Assembly: GCA_044341405.1 (NCBI GenBank)
Contig: JBIIRT010000002.1
Coordinates: 1,324 to 65,323, forward strand
Origin: Daejeonella sp.
GTDB lineage: Bacteria > Bacteroidota > Bacteroidia > Sphingobacteriales > Sphingobacteriaceae
Length of the DNA: 64,000 bases
Direction: 5' to 3'
Shown here: positions 18,237-27,796 of the stretch, one piece after another
Layout of the letters: every line of letters begins with the position of its first letter
Position numbering within the stretch: the stretch's first letter is position 1
The notes under the pieces: generated by a model
The model's database searches: none
Told to the model about the DNA's origin: nothing
The model's input: only the letters and a program-made list of their open reading frames with translations
Translations under genes and position numbers: made by a program

Positions 18237-19184
18237 ATGTTAAATAGAAGGCACTTGAGGGTAAAAGCATTGCAGGTTTTATATTCTTACCAGCAATCTG
18301 AAGTAAAAGAAATATTGCCTTTTGAAAAGGCACTATTATTAAGTGTTGATAAGGTACATGAAATGTATTTCTGGTTACTTTCACTTTTAATTGAGGTTGC
18401 AGATTATAGTATTATCGATGCTGAGGAAAGGGCTAACAAGCATTTGCCTTCAGAAGCTGATCTTAATGTTAACGCTAAACTCCACAATAATCTTTTTATT
18501 TATTCTTTAAAACAGAATAAAGAATATCTGGCTGCTATTAAGAAGTATAAAATATCATGGAGTTTCGACCCTGAAATAAGTAAATCAATTTTTATTTCAT
18601 TAAAGAATTCTCCAGAATTTACTTCATTTAATGATCTTTCTGTTCATACTATCCAGTCAGATAAAGATGTTATCAAGTATATTTTCAAAAAATTGATCTT
18701 AAAATCTCCGGGTATTGAGCAGATTTTCGAAGAAAAATTCATTAATTGGCCTGTAGACAAGGAAGTTCTTCAAGCGTTGGTAGCAAAAACATTTAAGAAT
18801 TTTTCGAGTGAAAACCCTGATGAGAACAAGCTTGCACAGGTTTGTCCGAATTGGGATGAAGACAGACCATTTATGTTGGATCTTTTCAAAAAAGTTGTTT
18901 CATTTGAATCTGAATATCAGGAAATTATCGGACAAAAGACTAAAAATTGGGATTCAGAAAGAATTGCTGTTATGGATACTCTTTTAATGCGAATGGCTAT
19001 TACAGAACTCGTACATTTCCATTTAATTCCAGTAAAAGTTACTATGAATGAATATATTGAAATAGCAAAGGAATTTAGTACTCCCAAGAGCAATTCATTT
19101 ATTAACGGTATTTTAGATAAAATATTAGCAGAATTGAAAGCTTCTGGAAAACTTCATAAATCAGGACGTGGATTAATGGAGTAA
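18237..19184 (+). CDS. nusB: Transcription antitermination factor NusB (long Bacteroidota form)
   Basis: MLNRRHLRVKALQ, C-terminal IPVKVTMNEYIEIAKEFST..S..FINGILD. Confidence 0.93.
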   Translation: MLNRRHLRVKALQVLYSYQQSEVKEILPFEKALLLSVDKVHEMYFWLLSLLIEVADYSIIDAEERANKHLPSEADLNVNAKLHNNLFIYSLKQNKEYLAAIKKYKISWSFDPEISKSIFISLKNSPEFTSFNDLSVHTIQSDKDVIKYIFKKLILKSPGIEQIFEEKFINWPVDKEVLQALVAKTFKNFSSENPDENKLAQVCPNWDEDRPFMLDLFKKVVSFESEYQEIIGQKTKNWDSERIAVMDTLLMRMAITELVHFHLIPVKVTMNEYIEIAKEFSTPKSNSFINGILDKILAELKASGKLHKSGRGLME

Positions 19185-19239
19185 TATTAGACAAGAATTT
19201 TTATTCATTTCATTTTTAAATTATATACATTAAGTACCA

Positions 19240-19689
19240 ATGAGAAATTTTTTTTTATCAATTGCCTGCCTTGTAATTTTAGCAGCATGTAATAATCAAA
19301 AAGCAGTTGAAAGTACTGCTGATTCAATACAAACAAGTGAAATTGCAGCGCCTGATACGGCAAATGCACCTGCTTTCAAGTTTGAAAAGGAAGTTTATGA
19401 CTTTGGTAAGATCACAGATGGAGATGTTGTAACCTATGATTTTAAATTTAAAAATATTGGAAACAGCCCTTTAATCATTAGTAGTGCAACTGCAACTTGT
19501 GGCTGTACTGTACCTGAGTATCCAAAAGAGCCTGTCGCTCCTGGTGCTGAGGGTGTAATCCGCGTGATATTTAACAGTGCAGGAAAACCGGGAATGCAAA
19601 ATAAAGTAGTAAGTATCACCTCAAATACAATACCTTCTCTAACTGAGCTGAATATTCTAGGAATGGTGATGCCAGTGGAAACAAAATAA
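19240..19689 (+). CDS. DUF1573 domain lipoprotein
   Basis: LAAC lipobox; YDFG, FKFKNIG..PLII, ATCGCTVP. Confidence 0.9.
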   Translation: MRNFFLSIACLVILAACNNQKAVESTADSIQTSEIAAPDTANAPAFKFEKEVYDFGKITDGDVVTYDFKFKNIGNSPLIISSATATCGCTVPEYPKEPVAPGAEGVIRVIFNSAGKPGMQNKVVSITSNTIPSLTELNILGMVMPVETK

Positions 19690-19710
19690 TTTTAACTTAA
19701 AAAATAATAT

Positions 19711-20001
19711 ATGGATATGCAACAGATTGGCCAGTTTTTACCGATGCTACTAATTATAGTAGTGTTTTATTTTTTCATGATTCGTCCGCAAATGAAGAAA
19801 GCGAAGGATCACAAAAAATTTGTGGAGGAATTAAAAAAAGGAGATAAAGTGATTACAACTTCAGGTATTCATGGTAAAATAGTAGACTTGAATGAAGCTA
19901 CATTTCTAATTGAGGTTGAAAGTGGCACAAAAATTCGTTTTGAAAAATCTTCGGTATCTTTAGAATCTTCAAAAGCACTTATTCAGGCATCAGCGAAATA
20001 A
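19711..20001 (+). CDS. yajC: Preprotein translocase subunit YajC
   Basis: FYFFMIRPQ, LKKGDKVITTSGIHG. Confidence 0.95.
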   Translation: MDMQQIGQFLPMLLIIVVFYFFMIRPQMKKAKDHKKFVEELKKGDKVITTSGIHGKIVDLNEATFLIEVESGTKIRFEKSSVSLESSKALIQASAK

Positions 20002-20022
20002 TTTAATTGTTTCTTACAAACT

Positions 20023-20052
20023 ACGCCGCCTCATTTTTGAAGCGGCGTTTTT
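20023..20052 (+). terminator. Possible intrinsic terminator/attenuator after yajC
   Basis: ACGCCGC/GCGGCGT stem followed by TTTT. Confidence 0.6.
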
Positions 20053-20075
20053 ATTTGCCTAAATTTGAATATATA

Positions 20076-21023
20076 ATGCCATTATTTAAGTTCACAAAAA
20101 TCGAAAGACGCAGGATTTCCCTGTTTTTTCTCTGCTTGATACTCGCAGTGGGGGCATGGCTATTCTTTTCTCTTTCAAATAAATATGTGTACCAGGTTCA
20201 GACCCTTGTTCGTTTTGTTAATCTGCCAGAAAACAGAGCATTTAATCCTCTTCAATCAGATACTCTTAGGCTTCAGGTTGAAGGAACTGGTTGGCAATTG
20301 TTGTTTTCTAAGCTGAGAATAAATCCTCAATCTGTTGATATTGAGTTGAAGGATCTAAAGAAGCAGAATTTCATCGAACTTTCAAGTCAGATTCAAAAAA
20401 TAAACATTCAGATTGGTTCAATACAAAAAGTGGTTTATGTTAATCCAGATACACTTTATTTTGATTTTTCTTCAAGTACAGTAAAAAAAATTCCTGTTGT
20501 ATTCAAACAGAATCTTAAGTTTAAATCTCAGTTTGGAATTTCTGATTCTGTTCAGATAAATCCAGCATTTATTACCATTACTGGTCCTGTTAAAGAGCTT
20601 TCTGAAGTTAAATATTGGGAAACTGAAGTATCCAATTTGACTAATTTGAGTGAAAGTTTGAACATGAGAATTAATCTGAAGCGCCCAGTTAAAGCTAATG
20701 TTACCATTTATCCCAATTATGTTAATGTCAAGTTAGATATTGATGAGTTTACGGAAAAAGTAATTGAAATCCCTGTCGGTGTAATAAATAATAAGGAGTT
20801 TAGGAATGTGAAATTATTGCCTGATAAAGTAAAGGTTACTATTCTTAGCCCATTAAGTAAATATCCTGAAATCGAACGGAAGGATTTTGAACTGTATGTT
20901 GACCTTGATAATTGGAAGAAAGATGGATATAGCCAATTGCCTGTTCGGATTATTCGACTTCCTGAATTTTCAAAGCTAGTTAAAATTGAACCTCAGACTT
21001 TAGATTTTATAATTCAAAAATGA
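20076..21023 (+). CDS. CdaR/YbbR-like domain protein
   Basis: N-terminal TM helix, repeated YbbR-like beta domains, conserved yajC-X-coaE position; ATG at 20076 preferred over TTG at 20007. Confidence 0.75.
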   Translation: MPLFKFTKIERRRISLFFLCLILAVGAWLFFSLSNKYVYQVQTLVRFVNLPENRAFNPLQSDTLRLQVEGTGWQLLFSKLRINPQSVDIELKDLKKQNFIELSSQIQKINIQIGSIQKVVYVNPDTLYFDFSSSTVKKIPVVFKQNLKFKSQFGISDSVQINPAFITITGPVKELSEVKYWETEVSNLTNLSESLNMRINLKRPVKANVTIYPNYVNVKLDIDEFTEKVIEIPVGVINNKEFRNVKLLPDKVKVTILSPLSKYPEIERKDFELYVDLDNWKKDGYSQLPVRIIRLPEFSKLVKIEPQTLDFIIQK

Positions 21024-21616
21024 TGTTGAAAGTAGGTATTACAGGTGGGATAGGTAGTGGTAAAACGACAGTATGTAAGGTTTTTGAACTGTTGGGGATA
21101 CCTGTTTTTTATGCTGACGATGTAGCAAAGTCTATTATGCAGACCGACCCAGTTTTAAAAACTGCTCTTTTGGATACCTTTGGAGAGAATTCTTACACAA
21201 AGGATGGAATGTTGAATAGGGCTTATATTTCTTCGATTGTATTCAACGATAAGCAAGAATTGGAGAAACTCAATTCTTTAGTACATCCTGCAGTTTTAAG
21301 AGCTTTTGATAACTGGGTTTTGGATCAACATGAATCTCCTTATGTAATTAAAGAAGCAGCTCTTTTATATGAAAGCGGTGGCTTTAAGATGTGTAATAAG
21401 TCGATTCTTGTAATTGCCCCCACTTTAATCAAAATGAATAGAGTGAAGCTTAGAGATGGAGTAAGTGAGGAAGATATTCAATTAAGGATGAATCGCCAGT
21501 TTAGTGATGAGATAAAGATAAAGTATGCAGATTATATTCTTAACAATGATGAGAAACAACTATTAATTCCCCAAATTATTCAATTGCATCAGCAGTTTTT
21601 ATTGATAGGATCCTAA
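21020..21616 (+). CDS. coaE: Dephospho-CoA kinase
   Basis: GITGGIGSGKTT, YADD.AK, LNSLVHP, EAALLYE. Confidence 0.96.
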   Translation: MMLKVGITGGIGSGKTTVCKVFELLGIPVFYADDVAKSIMQTDPVLKTALLDTFGENSYTKDGMLNRAYISSIVFNDKQELEKLNSLVHPAVLRAFDNWVLDQHESPYVIKEAALLYESGGFKMCNKSILVIAPTLIKMNRVKLRDGVSEEDIQLRMNRQFSDEIKIKYADYILNNDEKQLLIPQIIQLHQQFLLIGS

Positions 21617-21617
21617 A

Positions 21618-22568
21618 ATGATTGTTGAAGATTTTTTGGTGATTAATGCGCGTGGTTTATATTGCCGTTATGGTGATTTTTATCTTGATCCAAAAGAACC
21701 TTCATCGCGGGCTATTGTTTCTCATGCTCATGGTGACCATGCTGTCAGAGGCAATGATATCGTTTATTGCACCCCGGCAACTGCCGCAATAATGAAACAT
21801 AGGTATCAAAAAAATGCCGGTAATACTATCCTTACTTACAATTGGTCTGAATCATTTTCTTTAAATGGTGTATTAATTAGTTTTATTCCAGCCGGACATA
21901 TATTGGGATCAGCCCAGATTCTTATGGTTTACAAGGATGTAAGATATTTATACACAGGCGATTATAAATTACAGCTTGACTCTACCTGCGAGAAAATTGA
22001 GTTTGTAAATGCTGATGTTTTAATTAGTGAATCTACTTTTGCAGATCCTACGGTTCAACATCCTTCAGCAACTGATGAGATCAAAAAACTGAATTCCTTT
22101 AGTCATAATGTATTGCTTGGGTCTTATGCTTTAGGTAAAGCACAAAGACTCATTCGTTTATTGTCTGATTATTGTCCGCAGCGGCATGTTTTAGTTCATC
22201 ATTCTATTATCGGACTAAACAAGATTTATGAGCAATTTGGCTTTTCGCTAGGTAAATACGAGTTATATACTAGAAAGCTTATGAAAAATCCCGACCAAAA
22301 TTTAGTATATATTGTTCCTCCTTTAACATTCAATAGCTACATCAGGGCCAAAAATGTGGTCAGGGCTTTCGCCTCAGGATGGATGAATTTACAGACAGAT
22401 AATGATCTAAAAATTTTGATTTCGGATCATGTGGACTGGAATGATATACTCATTATGATTAAACATGTTGAACCCCGGGAACTTTGGACACTTCACGGTA
22501 ACGGAAAACATCTAAAATCCTATTTCAAAGATCAGTTAACAGTTAAATTACTTAATCATGCTGATTGA
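21618..22568 (+). CDS. MBL-fold exonuclease (ligase-associated DNA damage response exonuclease-like, beta-CASP)
   Basis: SHAHGDHA, PAGHILGSAQ, TGDYK, SESTF, YALGKAQR, SDHVDW, HG. Confidence 0.82.
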   Translation: MIVEDFLVINARGLYCRYGDFYLDPKEPSSRAIVSHAHGDHAVRGNDIVYCTPATAAIMKHRYQKNAGNTILTYNWSESFSLNGVLISFIPAGHILGSAQILMVYKDVRYLYTGDYKLQLDSTCEKIEFVNADVLISESTFADPTVQHPSATDEIKKLNSFSHNVLLGSYALGKAQRLIRLLSDYCPQRHVLVHHSIIGLNKIYEQFGFSLGKYELYTRKLMKNPDQNLVYIVPPLTFNSYIRAKNVVRAFASGWMNLQTDNDLKILISDHVDWNDILIMIKHVEPRELWTLHGNGKHLKSYFKDQLTVKLLNHAD

Positions 22569-22716
22569 AAATGTAGATTACTATATAAACGAGGCTGGTA
22601 ATCTGGTTTTCACAGAAAAGTACCATTTAAAAAGAGGATATTGCTGTAAAAATAAATGTTTGAATTGTCCTTGGAAATATGGGCAGGATAAAGCAATTAA
22701 GACTAAGCATAAATGA
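22558..22716 (+). CDS. Small Cys-rich protein, DUF5522-like (52 aa, absent from the ORF track)
   Basis: Manual translation MLIENVDYYINEAGNLVFTEKYHLKRGYCCKNKCLNCPWKYGQDKAIKTKHK*; overlaps the upstream stop. Confidence 0.8.
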   Translation: MLIENVDYYINEAGNLVFTEKYHLKRGYCCKNKCLNCPWKYGQDKAIKTKHK

Positions 22717-22765
22717 TTAATATTTTATTTTGGATTCATTTTCAATCCATATTTAATCCATTAAA

Positions 22766-23215
22766 ATGGAAATAGAGAAGGAAATTTACAACAGAAAATT
22801 TGAAAATAGCCACCAAAAAGCGGTTGTAAACCTTTTATATACCTATGGATGGATAACCAATTTACTAAGACTATTACTTAATAAGCACAATGTAACACTC
22901 CAGCAATATAATATTTTGAGAATTTTGAGAGGTCACCATCCCAATCCGGCAACTATAAACATCTTGAAAGAACGTATGCTTGATAAAATGTCTGATGCGT
23001 CCAGAATTGTAGAGCGGCTTGTTCAGAAAGATCTGGTTATAAGATGTGTTAGTGATAAAGATCGCAGGGCAGTTGATATACTTATTAGTCAAAATGGTTT
23101 AGACATTCTTCAAAAGCTTGATACTGAAATCTCTTTAAAGGCCATGCTTTCTAACAACATAAGCGAAGATGAAGCAAGTACTTTAAGTGGTTTACTGGAT
23201 AAGATGAGGGGGTAG
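22766..23215 (+). CDS. MarR family transcriptional regulator
   Basis: TLQQYNILRILRG, SDASRIVERL..K.LV.R, DRRAV. Confidence 0.92.
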   Translation: MEIEKEIYNRKFENSHQKAVVNLLYTYGWITNLLRLLLNKHNVTLQQYNILRILRGHHPNPATINILKERMLDKMSDASRIVERLVQKDLVIRCVSDKDRRAVDILISQNGLDILQKLDTEISLKAMLSNNISEDEASTLSGLLDKMRG

Positions 23216-23234
23216 GATTTAGTTGACAGTTGAC

Positions 23235-23252
23235 TCCCGATATCTATCGGGA
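23235..23252. repeat. Short REP-like palindrome
   Basis: TCCCGATA-TC-TATCGGGA with 8-bp arms, between convergent genes. Confidence 0.6.
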
Positions 23253-23305
23253 TGACAGTCGGAAAATGCGTATTCAATATAATAAGTTTTCCTTGAAATC
23301 GGAAT

Positions 23306-23354
23306 TCTGCTTTAAGCTTTTAGCTTTGTGCTTTTAGCTTTCTGCTTTCTGCTT
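23306..23354. repeat. Heptamer tandem array (NNNGCTT, 7 units)
   Basis: TCTGCTT/TAAGCTT/TTAGCTT/TGTGCTT units, same family as 1911-1966. Confidence 0.85.
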
Positions 23355-23356
23355 AA

Positions 23357-24076
23357 TTAGTGTAAATAATACCCAAACAGCGCAATTCCGACACCTAGCA
23401 GAACAGCTATCATTTTCTTGAGATTAAATTTATGATCCACACTTGATTCGAATAGGATGGTAGTTGATATATGCAGAAATATACCGATTACTACGCCCAT
23501 GATTCGATCGAAATAAGTATCTATATTACCTATAGATCCTGTTCTAATCTCAAAGCTAAGCCAATAGCCCATCGGACTCATAGCAGCAAACAAAATCAAT
23601 AATGCTATAACCTTAAATTTGCCTAAATTGTTTTGCAGAAGAACACTTCCTAATGCAAAGGCGGCAGGTATATGGTGAAGTGCAATTCCTAAAACGAGTT
23701 CTTTGTTTTGTTTCTGGGCTAATGGCATACCTTCCAAAAAGGCATGTAAGCACAAGCTTCCCATAATTCCAATTGGAAAAATGTAGTGCTGATGCTTATG
23801 CTTATGCATGTGGATGTGACCATGTTCTATCCCCTCGGAAAACTGTTCCATGACAATCTGAAGCAGAAAGCCACCTAAAATAAATAAACCTATTTCCGTA
23901 TTACCTGTTTTATAAACGTCTGGTATAAGATGTAGGATTGTTATCGCAAACAAGTATGCACCACTAAAAGAAAGTACAAGTTTTAGTCGGCTGCTATTAT
24001 CCTTCTTCAAAAGAAAGATTGCTAGTCCCCCAATCATTGAGCTACCAAACAGTAGAATTAATTCCCAGATTCCCAT
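23357..24076 (-). CDS. ZIP family divalent metal transporter
   Basis: LHLIP, His-rich loop EHGHIHMHKHKHQH, HAFLEG, LHHIPAA. Confidence 0.9.
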   Translation of the reverse strand: MGIWELILLFGSSMIGGLAIFLLKKDNSSRLKLVLSFSGAYLFAITILHLIPDVYKTGNTEIGLFILGGFLLQIVMEQFSEGIEHGHIHMHKHKHQHYIFPIGIMGSLCLHAFLEGMPLAQKQNKELVLGIALHHIPAAFALGSVLLQNNLGKFKVIALLILFAAMSPMGYWLSFEIRTGSIGNIDTYFDRIMGVVIGIFLHISTTILFESSVDHKFNLKKMIAVLLGVGIALFGYYLH

Positions 24077-24639
24077 TTTTGAAATGATTTATTCAAGAGT
24101 AATATTGTGCCTATTACATATCCAATCATAGAACCTAGTAATGCTCCAAAAAGTATGTCAAGAGGAAAATGGACCCCAACATAAATCTGAGCAAAGCTGA
24201 TTGAAAAAGCCCAGAATATTCCGATCGGTAGAATTAACTTCCATTTATGGTAGAAAATTAATATCAGAAAAAAAGCTAATCCAAAATGGTTAGCTGCATG
24301 AGATGAGGGAAAACTATATCCCGTTCCACATGCAATTAAATTATTAACTTCTTTCTTTAATTCAGGGTCATTGCATGGCCTTAAACGTTCAACCGATGGT
24401 TTGATTATTGATGATGAAAAGTAATCAGTAATGCCAAAAGTTATGATTGCAAATAACAATATTAACCATCCTTTTTTGCCATAATTTCTAGCCAAAAAGA
24501 TTATGACGAACAAATAGAGGGGAGTCCAGAAATAGCGGTTTCTCAAGGCTGGCATCAGCCAGTCAAAAAAGGAGTTACTTAGTCCCTGGTTTATGCCAAA
24601 GAATAAATTCTGGTCAAACTGAATAATCTGTTCAAGCAT
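24058..24639 (-). CDS. PAP2 family phosphatase
   Basis: K..V.RLRPC, SFPSSHA, IYVGVHFPLD. Confidence 0.92.
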   Translation of the reverse strand: MLEQIIQFDQNLFFGINQGLSNSFFDWLMPALRNRYFWTPLYLFVIIFLARNYGKKGWLILLFAIITFGITDYFSSSIIKPSVERLRPCNDPELKKEVNNLIACGTGYSFPSSHAANHFGLAFFLILIFYHKWKLILPIGIFWAFSISFAQIYVGVHFPLDILFGALLGSMIGYVIGTILLLNKSFQKWESGN

Positions 24640-25070
24640 TGGTTTTTTCGCAAATAAAAATCAGTCGTTCTGATTTTGTCTTGTTATATGTATTCGGTGA
24701 ATATTCACAAGTAGATTTAAAATCATACACTTAATTCCGATTTTTTTATTCAATCTTTTGGGCAAACATTAAATCCAATACCTAAAAGTCTACTCTAGTA
24801 ATACAGTATACTTCTTTATTTAGATAGACAGCATGTCTTATCCGGCCGCAAGCAATATCGATTAAATTTGATTTTATATTTGGTTTGAGGTATGTACATA
24901 AATTATAAATATAAAAATTCTGCCTCTTAATCATTTCGCTGATTGTACAGAATATGATCATAAGGAGAATTGAACCTGTTTTGAAACCACTTCTTTGCCA
25001 TGCCCATCATAGGGTATAGAGGCAAATATATACATTTACTGTTTTAGAGTTGTGAATAGGATGTAATTGT

Positions 25071-25078
25071 TATTTTTG
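25071..25078 (+). promoter_or_regulatory. Bacteroidota -7 box for glmM
   Basis: TATTTTTG with TTG 18 bp upstream. Confidence 0.55.
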
Positions 25079-25095
25079 TCCAATAATTTAAAATC

Positions 25096-26487
25096 GTGAC
25101 ATTAATAAAATCAATCTCCGGAATCAGGGGTACAATTGGCGGACTTGCAGGAAGTGGGTTAACCCCAACTGACATAGTGAAATTTACTTCAGCATATGGC
25201 CGCTGGGTTATAGCGAGTACAGGTAAAAATAAAGTAGTAATTGGAAGAGATGCAAGAATTTCAGGCGAAATGGTTCGGAATCTCGTGGTTGGAACTTTAC
25301 AAAGTATAGGAATTCATGTTGTTGATCTTGGTCTTTCAACCACACCTACCGTAGAGCTTGCTGTTCCTGATGAAAATGCCGGTGGTGGGATTATTCTTAC
25401 AGCTAGCCATAACCCGAAGCAATGGAATGCATTGAAGCTATTGAACCATAAAGGAGAGTTTATTTCAGACCTCGAAGGACAATTAGTTCTCGCTATGGCC
25501 GAAGAGAATGATTTTGAGTTCGCCGAGGTTAATGATTTGGGTAAGGTTACTTATGACGACAGCTATTTACAAAAGCACATAGATAAAGTCTTAGCATTAC
25601 CTTTAGTAAATGCCGAAGCGGTAAGGAATGCCAATTTTAAAATCGCAATTGACTGTGTAAATTCCTCAGGTGGAATTTTTGTGCCGGCCCTGCTAAAAGC
25701 TCTTGGGGTAAAGATTATTCACGAACTTTACTGTGAGCCTGATGGAGAATTTCCTCATAATCCTGAGCCATTGCCTGAAAATCTGGTTGAATTATCACGC
25801 TTAGTACTTGCTAAAAAGGCTGATTTAGGCATTGCTGTTGATCCTGATGTGGATAGGTTGTGTTTTGTTTGTGAAGATGGTTCAATGTTTGGAGAAGAAT
25901 ACACATTAGTAGCTGTAGCTGATTACGTTTTGAAACATACCCCGGGAAATACTGTTTCAAATTTATCATCAACCCGTGCTTTAAGAGATGTAACTGAGGC
26001 GGCTGGTGGAATTTATAACGCTGCAGCTGTTGGAGAAGTGAATGTGGTCAATAAAATGAAAGAGACACAGGCTATTATTGGTGGGGAAGGAAATGGTGGT
26101 GTTATTTATCCTGAATCTCATTATGGACGTGATGCACTTGTGGGAATTGCCTTGTTTTTAACACATCTTGCAATTAAAAAGCAATCTGTTTCAGTCCTGA
26201 GGGCTTCCTATCCAGCTTATTATATTTCTAAGAATAAAATTACATTAACCCCCGAGATGGATATCGATTCATTGTTAATTGAGATTGAAAAGAGGTATCA
26301 AAATCAACCGCACACCACTATTGATGGATTGAAAATTGAATTTGATAAACAGTGGGTACATCTCCGGAAATCAAACACGGAACCTATAATTAGAATTTAT
26401 TCAGAAAGTAGTTCAGAAACCGGTGCAGAATACCTTGCACAAAAAATTATTACAGATATCAAAGAAATATTGCACTTAACTGAATAG
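25096..26487 (+). CDS. glmM: Phosphoglucosamine mutase
   Basis: SISGIRG, TASHNP, DPDVDR, GGEGNGG. Confidence 0.9.
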   Translation: MTLIKSISGIRGTIGGLAGSGLTPTDIVKFTSAYGRWVIASTGKNKVVIGRDARISGEMVRNLVVGTLQSIGIHVVDLGLSTTPTVELAVPDENAGGGIILTASHNPKQWNALKLLNHKGEFISDLEGQLVLAMAEENDFEFAEVNDLGKVTYDDSYLQKHIDKVLALPLVNAEAVRNANFKIAIDCVNSSGGIFVPALLKALGVKIIHELYCEPDGEFPHNPEPLPENLVELSRLVLAKKADLGIAVDPDVDRLCFVCEDGSMFGEEYTLVAVADYVLKHTPGNTVSNLSSTRALRDVTEAAGGIYNAAAVGEVNVVNKMKETQAIIGGEGNGGVIYPESHYGRDALVGIALFLTHLAIKKQSVSVLRASYPAYYISKNKITLTPEMDIDSLLIEIEKRYQNQPHTTIDGLKIEFDKQWVHLRKSNTEPIIRIYSESSSETGAEYLAQKIITDIKEILHLTE

Positions 26488-26598
26488 AGTTATTGAATAA
26501 AATAGTGAAATACTCTTTTACTTCGTAGAAATTCTATAATTTTTATATCTGCTTCGACCAATTGCAGGTATAAAATTAATCTGTTGAATATAAATTAT

Positions 26599-27735
26599 AT
26601 GCGTGTATACCTAGATAATGCGGCTACAACCCCTATAGACAAGGAGGTATTAAAGTCTGTTTATGAAGTAATGGAAAGTCATTATGGGAATCCTTCTTCC
26701 ATACATACTCATGGCCGTGAAGTACGTACATTGATTGAAAAGGCAAGAAAGAGTGTTGCATCACTTTTACATGCTTCACCTTCCGAATTTTTCTTTACTT
26801 CAGGTGGTACAGAAGCAGATAATATGGCTATTCGATGTAGTATAATAGACTATGGTATAAGAAATGTAATTACCAGTGTTATTGAACATCATGCAGTTTT
26901 ACACAGCCTTCAGGATCTTGAAAGAAGCGGACTAATTAAGTTGAATTATGTCAATATAGATGAAAGTGGATCAGTTGATTATCAGCATCTGGAAGAACTT
27001 CTTGATATTCATGAACGAAGTTTTGTTTCTCTTATGCAGGCCAATAATGAATTAGGGACCCTTACGGACATTGAAAGGGTAGGCGAATTATGCGAAAAGT
27101 ATAATGCAATTTTTCATTGTGACACGGTGCAGAGTATGGGACACTACCCTCACGATCTGAATAAACTTAAGGTTCACTTTCTGGTATGTGCAGCTCACAA
27201 ATTACATGGGCCAAAAGGTGTAGGTTTTTTATACATTAATCATAAAATTAAGATCAATCCCATGATTTTTGGCGGTTCTCAGGAACGTAATATGCGAGGT
27301 GGCACCGAAAATGTATATGGCATTGTTGGTTTGGCAAAGGCTCTGGAGATTGCCTACGCTGAAATGGAGGAACACCATCAATATATTCAGGGACTTAAAT
27401 CTTATATGATTGATCAGCTAAGGATAAATATTCCGGGAATAGAATTTAATGGTGAAACTGATTCTGAAAAGAGCCTTTATACAGTTTTGAATGTTTCCTT
27501 TCCTGAAATGGATATGGCTGAAATGTTACTTTTTAGTCTTGATATTGCCGGAATTTCTGCTTCTGGAGGTAGTGCTTGCAGCTCTGGAACGAATATTGGA
27601 TCTCATGTACTCAATGGAATTCAAGCAAATCCTAATCGTCCTGCCGTACGTTTTTCTTTTAGTAAATACAACTCAAAAGAAGAAATTGATTATGTTATAG
27701 TCAAGCTAAAGGAATTTTGTCATGTCGAGGGCTAG
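26599..27735 (+). CDS. iscS: Cysteine desulfurase (NifS/IscS class)
   Basis: YLDNAATTP, FTSGGTEADN, AAHKLHGPKG, SGGSACSSG; ATG at 26599. Confidence 0.9.
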   Translation: MRVYLDNAATTPIDKEVLKSVYEVMESHYGNPSSIHTHGREVRTLIEKARKSVASLLHASPSEFFFTSGGTEADNMAIRCSIIDYGIRNVITSVIEHHAVLHSLQDLERSGLIKLNYVNIDESGSVDYQHLEELLDIHERSFVSLMQANNELGTLTDIERVGELCEKYNAIFHCDTVQSMGHYPHDLNKLKVHFLVCAAHKLHGPKGVGFLYINHKIKINPMIFGGSQERNMRGGTENVYGIVGLAKALEIAYAEMEEHHQYIQGLKSYMIDQLRINIPGIEFNGETDSEKSLYTVLNVSFPEMDMAEMLLFSLDIAGISASGGSACSSGTNIGSHVLNGIQANPNRPAVRFSFSKYNSKEEIDYVIVKLKEFCHVEG

Positions 27736-27796
27736 GTCCTTGAATTTTAATTAAAGGCTATTTTATTAAATTTAAATTCATTTAATCTGATTTTCA

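Noticed and set aside
24640-25095. Possible eroded gene remnant (YDGHGKEVVSKQV on the minus strand, faintly like a T9SS C-terminal domain)
   Set aside because: Similarity too short and broken by stops to support by eye; needs TBLASTN
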